Assembly (NCBI GenBank): GCA_965248435.1
Contig: OZ252100.1
Location: 3,072,001 to 3,136,000 of the forward strand
Direction of reading: 5' to 3'
Length of the DNA: 64,000 bases
Origin: Candidatus Latescibacterota bacterium
GTDB lineage: Bacteria > Latescibacterota > UBA2968 > GCA-2709665
This document shows, in pieces, positions 58,137 through 64,000 of the stretch. The position numbers and the translations under genes were made by a program. How positions within the stretch are numbered: the stretch's first letter is position 1; the number at the start of each line of letters is the position of its first letter. The notes below the pieces were generated by a model. That model saw nothing but the letters and a program-made list of their open reading frames with translations. It was not told where the DNA came from and did no database searches.

Positions 58137-60305
58137 ATGAAAATCGTCGGCTACAGCGACCGCTTAAGCGTGAGCCCGGGACAGAGCATCCGCTTCATGA
58201 TCAGCAGCGAATCGCCGACCTACCGCGCCGAGCTCGTGCGCTTGCGGCACACCGATGAGAACCCCCAAGGCCCCGGATTCAAATACGATGCGCTGCAGAC
58301 CTCCATTGACGGCGAATACCCAGGCCGGCACCAGGCCATCCACACAGGCTCGTACGCGGTGGTGCCCCACAACCCCCTCTTAGACTGCACGGAGGGGTTT
58401 ACCCTGCAGGCGTGGATCTATCCTACCACGCCGCAGAAGGGCGTTCAGGGGCTGATAACCAAGTTTTCCACCGGCGACGAAGCGGGCTACGGTCTGGTTA
58501 TCGACGAAGACGGCTCGCTGGCCCTGTGGCTCGGCGCAGGCAACGAGCTGTTGAAGGTCCGCACGGGCGTCGCCTTGGAGACGGCCCAATGGTATTTTGT
58601 CTCCGCTTCCTACGACGCCGCCACGGGTGCCGTCCGCCTCACCCAGAAGAGACAGACCCATTGGCCGATTAACGGTGCCGAAGCCACTGTCCGCGAAACC
58701 GTCCGATCCGGCGCGCTCGGCGCGAATCAGGACGATCTTGTGATGGCTGCTCGCCGGAATGTCTCTACTGCCTGGTCGCCAACCACCGACCACTTCAACG
58801 GGAAGATCGACGGCCCGCGCCTCTACGACCGCGCCCTCGACGAGCTGGATTCCGCGGAACCCGACAGCGCTGTCGCCCACTGGGACTTCTCACTCGATAT
58901 TGGATCGCAGCGTGTAAGCGATACCCAGGCCAACGGCCTCCACGGCCGTGCCGTCAACCTGCCGACCCGGGCGGTGACGGGCCACGACTGGCATGGTAAC
59001 GAGGCGGATTTCAAGGCCGCCCCCTCCCAGTACGGGGCCATCCACTTCCACGACGACGACCTGGAGGATGCCGGGTGGGATCTCGCTTTCGAGTGGGAAG
59101 TGCCCAGCGACTGTCCGAGCGGGTTCTATGCGGCCCATTTGGAGACCGCCGATGCAGAAGATTACGTGCCTTTCATCGTCGTCGCCACTAAGGCACGCGC
59201 CCGCGTCGCCTTCCTGGCCCCCACCCTCACGTATCAGATCTACGCCAATCAACGTTTCATCGGTCGGGTCCGTGATTATTCAACGCCCCAAGACGAGTAC
59301 ATGAATGAGCAAAACCTCCTGAGCTGTTACGATCTGCACAGCGACGGCTCCGGCGTTTGCTATGGTTCGAGGCTACGGCCGATTATAAATCTTCGACCCC
59401 GCTACCGATTGCCCTCCCGGTCTCTGGCCGCCTTCTATCCCCGCCATCTAAATGCGGACCTTCATCTTCTGCATTGGCTGGATACTAAGGGCTTCGACTA
59501 CGATGTGATCACCGACGACGAGCTGCATCGCCGGGGAACAGAGCTACTCGAACCCTATCAGGCGCTCGTGACGGGCACTCACCCAGAATACTGGACGGCG
59601 CAGATGCTGGATGGGCTGGCGGTGTATCAGGCGGACGGGGGCCGCCTCGTGTATCTGGGCGGCAACGGGTTCTACTGGATCACGTCCTTCGACCCCGACC
59701 GCCCTCACATCGTCGAAGTCAGGCGCTGGCGGGGCACCCGGGCCTGGGAGGCCGCCCCCGGCGAGTGCTACCACAGCACGACCGGTGAGATGGGCGGGCT
59801 CTGGCGATACCGCAACCGGGCGCCTCAGAAGATGGTCGGCATCGGCTTTACGGCTATGGGCGGAGGCCGCAATCGCCCCTATAGACGCCAGCCAGACAGC
59901 TTCGACCCCAGGGTGGCTTTTATCTTCGAGGGCATCGGCACCGATGAGATGATCGGCGACTTCCCCGCTCTGGTCTTCGAACACGGAGCGGCCGGTTTCG
60001 AAACCGACCGGGCGGACCGAGACCTCGGCACGCCTGACCACGCCATGGTGCTCGCTACAGCCGATGGCTTCACCGACCATTACCATGTGGCCATCGAGGA
60101 CGAGCTCTTCTGCGGCCGCGGCACCGGTGGCAGTCAGAACGCCAGGGTGCGCTCCGACATGGTCTACTTTGAAGGCCCGAAGGGCGGCGCCGTATTCTCG
60201 GTTGGCTCGATCACCTGGTGCAGCTGTCTCTCCCACAACGGCGGCGACAACAACGTCTCCCGGATCACAGAGAACGTGCTGCGCCGCTTCGCAGAGAGGG
60301 ATTGA
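58137..60305 (+). CDS. N,N-dimethylformamidase large-subunit family protein with LamG-like domain (copy 1)
   Basis: 'GYSDRLSV.PG', LamG 'FTLQAWIYPT...WYFV..SYD', 'YGAIHFHDDD', 'TY..YAN', 'YD.HSDGSG', 'GTHPEY', 'YLGGNGFYW', 'GSI.W'. Confidence 0.88.
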   Translation: MKIVGYSDRLSVSPGQSIRFMISSESPTYRAELVRLRHTDENPQGPGFKYDALQTSIDGEYPGRHQAIHTGSYAVVPHNPLLDCTEGFTLQAWIYPTTPQKGVQGLITKFSTGDEAGYGLVIDEDGSLALWLGAGNELLKVRTGVALETAQWYFVSASYDAATGAVRLTQKRQTHWPINGAEATVRETVRSGALGANQDDLVMAARRNVSTAWSPTTDHFNGKIDGPRLYDRALDELDSAEPDSAVAHWDFSLDIGSQRVSDTQANGLHGRAVNLPTRAVTGHDWHGNEADFKAAPSQYGAIHFHDDDLEDAGWDLAFEWEVPSDCPSGFYAAHLETADAEDYVPFIVVATKARARVAFLAPTLTYQIYANQRFIGRVRDYSTPQDEYMNEQNLLSCYDLHSDGSGVCYGSRLRPIINLRPRYRLPSRSLAAFYPRHLNADLHLLHWLDTKGFDYDVITDDELHRRGTELLEPYQALVTGTHPEYWTAQMLDGLAVYQADGGRLVYLGGNGFYWITSFDPDRPHIVEVRRWRGTRAWEAAPGECYHSTTGEMGGLWRYRNRAPQKMVGIGFTAMGGGRNRPYRRQPDSFDPRVAFIFEGIGTDEMIGDFPALVFEHGAAGFETDRADRDLGTPDHAMVLATADGFTDHYHVAIEDELFCGRGTGGSQNARVRSDMVYFEGPKGGAVFSVGSITWCSCLSHNGGDNNVSRITENVLRRFAERD

Positions 60306-60533
60306 GTCTGGCCTGTGCACACTTCGGGCATGCGCTAAGGAGCACCAACGGGCCATCAGGAAGAGGCAAGCACGAGCGAAAGATAGCCTTCGGGAGTAGG
60401 TGGAAGCACTCTGTGCGAAGGAGGACGTTTGTGTGTACACGACGTCCTTCGCTCGCGAGCTACGGAAGGTGACCTGCGCGTAGCCGAAACCGATCCCTGA
60501 TGGCAGAGACAAAATGATGAAGAGAGAAGCTCA

Positions 60534-62726
60534 ATGAACATCGTCGGCTACAGCGACCACTTGAGTGTTAGCGCAGGGCAGCGCATCCGCTTCATGGTCA
60601 GCAGCGAAGCGCCCACCTACCACGCCAAGATCGTGCGCTTGCTGCACACCGATGACAACCCCAAGGGTCCTGGTTTCAAGTACTCAGTTCTGCAGACCTC
60701 CATCGACGGTGAATACGAGGGCCGGCACCAGGCCATCTACACAGGTTCGTACGCGATTGTGCCCCATCATGCCCTCTTAGACTGCACGGAGGGGTTTACC
60801 CTGCAGGCCTGGATCTATCCTACTACACCTCAAAAGGGTGTCCAAGCGCTACTGACCAAGTTTTCCACCAGCGACCGATCGGGTTACGGACTGGTCATCG
60901 ACGAAGACGGCTCGCTGGCCCTGTGGCTTGGTGCAGGCGACCAGTTGCAAAAGGTGCGCACCGGTGTCGCTCTGGAGACAGCACGATGGTATTTTGTCTC
61001 CGCTTCATACGACGCTGCCACGGGTGCCGTCTGCCTCACCCAGAAAAGACAGACCCGTTGGCCGATGGACGGTGCCGAAGCCACCATCCGCAAAACCGTC
61101 CGATCCGGCGCGCTCGGCGCGAACCAGGACGATCTTCTGATGGCTGCTCGCCGGAATTTCTCTACAGCGGGGGCGCCCGCCATCGACCATTTCAACGGGA
61201 AGATCGACGGCCCGCGCCTCTACGACCGTGCCCTACACGAGCCGGATTCCGCGGAATCCGACAGCGCTGTCGCCCACTGGGACTTTTCGCTCGACATCGG
61301 CTCGCAGCAGGTGAGCGACAGCCAGCCCAACGGCCTCCACGGCCGCACCGTCAACCTGCCGACCCGTGCGGTGACCGGCCACAACTGGCGGGGCGACGAG
61401 GCGCATTTCAAGGTCGTCCCCGCACAGTACGGGGCTATACACTTCCACGACGACGACCTCGAAGACGCAGGGTGGGATCTTGCCTTCGAGTGGAGCGTGC
61501 CCGACGACCACCCAAGCGGCTTCTACGCGGCTCACTTGGAGACCCCCGAGGCCGAAGATTACGTGCCATTCATCGTGGTCGCAAAGACTGCCCGAACCCG
61601 CATCGCTTTCCTGGCCCCCACCCTCACCTACCAGGTCTACGCCGATCAACGTTTCGAGGATCAGATTCGCGAGTCGTTGGACCTGCGCGAAAGCGAAAAC
61701 TCGACGCCTCAGGACCAATACATGAAGGACCAGAAGCTTCTGAGCTGTTACGATCTACACAGCGATGGCTCTGGCGTTTGCTACGGGTCACGGCTGCGAC
61801 CGATTCTCAATATTCGACCCCTCTACCGTATGCCCTCCCGGTCTCTGGCTGCCTTCTACCCTCGCTTGCTCAATGCAGACCTCCATCTCCTTCATTGGCT
61901 GGACACGAAGGGCTTCGCCTACGACGTGATTACCGACGACGAACTGCACCACCGAGGAAGCGAGCTGCTCGAACCCTACCAGGTACTTATCACCGGCACC
62001 CATCCGGAATACTGGACGGCGCAGATGCTCGACGGGCTGGAGTCGTATCAGGCGGACGGAGGTCGCCTTATGTACTTGGGCGGCAATGGTTTCTATTGGA
62101 TCACGTCCTTCGACCCACAGCGCCCGCACATCGTCGAAGTGAGGCGCTGGCGGGGCTCACGTGCCTGGGAGGCCGCTCCAGGTGAGTGCTACCACAGCAC
62201 CACCGGCGAGATGGGCGGACTTTGGCGCTACCGCAACCGGGCGCCGCAGAAGATGGTTGGTGTCGGCTTTGCCTCCCAGGGCGGCGGCCGTAATCGGCCT
62301 TACAAACGCCAGCCTGACAGCTTCGACCCCAGGGCGGCCTTTATCTTCGAAGGCATCGGTGCAGAAGAGATGATTGGCGACTTTCCCGCCCTGGTCCTCG
62401 AACACGGCGCCGCCGGCTTCGAAATCGACCGGGTGGACCGTGCTCTCGGCACGCCCGACCACGCCCTCTTGCTTGCCACGGCCGATGGTTTTACCGACCT
62501 GTACCAGGTGGCTATAGAGGACCAGCTGGTCTCCGTACCCAACACTGGCGGCAGTCAGAATTCGATGGTTCGCTCTGACATGGTCTACTTCGATGGTCCC
62601 AGGGGGGGCGCCGTATTCTCGGTCGGCTCGATCAGCTGGTGCAGCTGCCTCTCCTACAACGGAGGCGACAACAATGTCTCCCGGATTACCGAGAACGTGC
62701 TGCGTCGCTTCGCAGAGAGGGGCTAA
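60534..62726 (+). CDS. N,N-dimethylformamidase large-subunit family protein (copy 2)
   Basis: Colinear tandem paralog of 58137..60305 with the same motifs and an 8-aa insertion. Confidence 0.88.
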   Translation: MNIVGYSDHLSVSAGQRIRFMVSSEAPTYHAKIVRLLHTDDNPKGPGFKYSVLQTSIDGEYEGRHQAIYTGSYAIVPHHALLDCTEGFTLQAWIYPTTPQKGVQALLTKFSTSDRSGYGLVIDEDGSLALWLGAGDQLQKVRTGVALETARWYFVSASYDAATGAVCLTQKRQTRWPMDGAEATIRKTVRSGALGANQDDLLMAARRNFSTAGAPAIDHFNGKIDGPRLYDRALHEPDSAESDSAVAHWDFSLDIGSQQVSDSQPNGLHGRTVNLPTRAVTGHNWRGDEAHFKVVPAQYGAIHFHDDDLEDAGWDLAFEWSVPDDHPSGFYAAHLETPEAEDYVPFIVVAKTARTRIAFLAPTLTYQVYADQRFEDQIRESLDLRESENSTPQDQYMKDQKLLSCYDLHSDGSGVCYGSRLRPILNIRPLYRMPSRSLAAFYPRLLNADLHLLHWLDTKGFAYDVITDDELHHRGSELLEPYQVLITGTHPEYWTAQMLDGLESYQADGGRLMYLGGNGFYWITSFDPQRPHIVEVRRWRGSRAWEAAPGECYHSTTGEMGGLWRYRNRAPQKMVGVGFASQGGGRNRPYKRQPDSFDPRAAFIFEGIGAEEMIGDFPALVLEHGAAGFEIDRVDRALGTPDHALLLATADGFTDLYQVAIEDQLVSVPNTGGSQNSMVRSDMVYFDGPRGGAVFSVGSISWCSCLSYNGGDNNVSRITENVLRRFAERG

Positions 62727-62743
62727 GATGGCGGAGATGAGGG

Positions 62744-63637
62744 TTGCCGGAGGTGAGTGAAACTGGATTCCGGAGCTCGTTTTCGATTCCAGAGGCAAAC
62801 TTGTCGGCGGCCTCGTGCGATTCGGTTCTGGCCGCCCTGAATTTTTTCGTGGACGGACGGACGGGTGGTGGCATCTTACTGGACCTGTCTGATATCGAAT
62901 TCGTAGACCCGTACGGCATGGGACTGCTCAGCCTGATCGGCCGTTTTCTGAGCACTCGGTTCTCCGATGTCGCCTGTCGATTTCCGGCAGACCCGGGTAC
63001 TGAAAGCTATCTGACCCGGATGCGTCTTTTCGAAGCGCTCAGGGACTATGTGACTCTGGAACGCGTCCCTCGAACAGAAAGACGTCCCGTACACAATGAG
63101 GGGCTTCTCGAGGTCTCGGACATCGAAGACCGGGCGGACATCGAGTCTGTCCTGGCTGAGATCGAAGCCCGCGTCTCGTCGATCCTGACGGCGGAACTCG
63201 GGTATACCTTTCGCGAGATTACCGACTTCAAGAATGTTGTCGCGGAGCTCTGTCACAATATTCTGGATCATAGCGGAGATCAGGGCGTTCTGGTCGCCCA
63301 ACGCTACCTCAACCAGAAACTGGGCAAAAAGTTTGTGATCATCGGGGTGTGCGATCTGGGGATGGGGATCAGAGAAAGCCTGTCCGGGCGGTTCGACGTG
63401 TCTGAGTGGAGCCACGCCGACGCGGTCAGCAAAGCCATCAGGCGGGAGTTCTCGAGAGAGACCGCCCGGGGGCTGGGACTCTACATCGTGAATCAGATCT
63501 GTCAGACCTATCAGGGGAGTCTTCACATTCGTTCCGGAGATGCGCGGGTCTATTTTCGTGGTCGGCGTACGTATGTACATCCGGGAAAATATTTTCCAGG
63601 TACGCAGGTGAGCATTACGCTGTACGAGAAGGGATAA
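62744..63637 (+). CDS. STAS-like plus GHKL/HATPase_c domain protein
   Basis: STAS-like 'LDLSDIEFVDPYG'; N-box 'ELCHNILDHS', G1 'DLGMGI', G2 'GLGLY', C-terminal 'GTQV'. Confidence 0.75.
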   Translation: MPEVSETGFRSSFSIPEANLSAASCDSVLAALNFFVDGRTGGGILLDLSDIEFVDPYGMGLLSLIGRFLSTRFSDVACRFPADPGTESYLTRMRLFEALRDYVTLERVPRTERRPVHNEGLLEVSDIEDRADIESVLAEIEARVSSILTAELGYTFREITDFKNVVAELCHNILDHSGDQGVLVAQRYLNQKLGKKFVIIGVCDLGMGIRESLSGRFDVSEWSHADAVSKAIRREFSRETARGLGLYIVNQICQTYQGSLHIRSGDARVYFRGRRTYVHPGKYFPGTQVSITLYEKG

Positions 63638-63640
63638 ATC

Positions 63641-63691
63641 CGTCGTTCGTGAATCGTGAAGACCGGGTACCGGGGTTCGGGTACCGGGGTT
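63641..63691. repeat. Heptamer tandem repeats (CGTGAAT and CGGGTAC/CGGGGTT)
   Basis: CGTCGTT-CGTGAAT-CGTGAAG then CGGGTAC-CGGGGTT-CGGGTAC-CGGGGTT right after a stop codon. Confidence 0.65.
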
Positions 63692-63760
63692 CGTAAAACC
63701 GAGGACCGTCGTTCCAAATTTCGCTGATGAAAAAAAACAGCGGTCATCGAAGGATATGAT

Positions 63761-64000
63761 ATGGAGCGGGAGCTTCTGGAATCTTATGCGGGAAACGATC
63801 CGATTCTCCTCTTTAATCGGTGGTTTGAGGATGCGCAGAAGGCTGGGATCTTTCTTGCGGAGGGGATGACCCTGGCGACAACTACGAAAGACGGAGTGCC
63901 GTCTGCACGAGTTGTGCTGCTGAAAGAGGTCGACGATGAGGTGTTCGTCTTCTATACAAACTTCGAGAGTCGAAAGGCAGTGGAGCTGGACAAGAATCCC
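63761..64000 (+). CDS. pdxH: Pyridoxamine 5'-phosphate oxidase, 3'-truncated by the window edge
   Basis: Read by hand: 'DPILLFNRWF', 'MTLAT...G.PSARVVLLK', 'FVFYTNFESRK..EL..NP'; RBS GAAGGA. Confidence 0.88.
   Translation, partial: MERELLESYAGNDPILLFNRWFEDAQKAGIFLAEGMTLATTTKDGVPSARVVLLKEVDDEVFVFYTNFESRKAVELDKNP

Noticed and set aside
60923-62185. 420-aa alternative-frame ORF inside DMFase copy 2
   Set aside because: Arg/Pro-rich off-frame product not preserved intact in the paralogous copy 1.
63727-63760. ATG plus A8 run upstream of pdxH as a possible phase-variable or frameshifted start
   Set aside because: The in-frame ATG at 63761 has its own well-spaced RBS (GAAGGA), so no slippage is needed.

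Overview
High-GC bacterial chromosomal window spanning the replication origin. The gene order and the large PhyH/HpcH expansion suggest an FCB-group lineage such as Ca. Latescibacterota (inference only; no searches were run). Layout: (1) 0-4.8 kb: 3' end of an FtsX-like permease, an OPT-like transporter carrying an unusual soluble insertion, and a decayed FAH-family gene. (2) 4.9-19.2 kb: origin cluster rsmG-mnmE-yidC-yidD-rnpA-rpmH <> dnaA-oriC-dnaN-recF-dciA-gyrB-gyrA with two parS sites. (3) TlpA, hom, tRNA-Asp, mfd. (4) A ~17 kb co-oriented catabolic block between mfd and the PpiC/SurA genes: eight PhyH-family Fe/2OG oxygenase genes (six in tandem, one frameshifted, one fused to a ribbon-helix-helix domain), an amidohydrolase-Rieske-amidohydrolase triad resembling AibH1H2G-type dinuclear monooxygenases, two HpcH aldolases, a cupin, an isomerase and a GH78. 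(5) Housekeeping run ppiC-surA-S4-methyltransferase-ftsEX-envC-nrnA-argF-nucleotide-sugar genes. (6) Two more HpcH aldolases, an amidohydrolase, an MDR gene whose 3' end is amplified as 4 x 30 bp, ssrA, two tandem DMFase-large-subunit paralogs, a STAS/HATPase protein and partial pdxH. Several gene junctions carry 7-bp-period tandem repeats just after stop codons. No integrase, transposase or CRISPR array was seen. Best novelty candidates: the oxygenase array with the PhyH-RHH fusion and dinuclear-oxygenase triad, the permuted FN3-like insertion in the OPT-like transporter, and the junction repeats.
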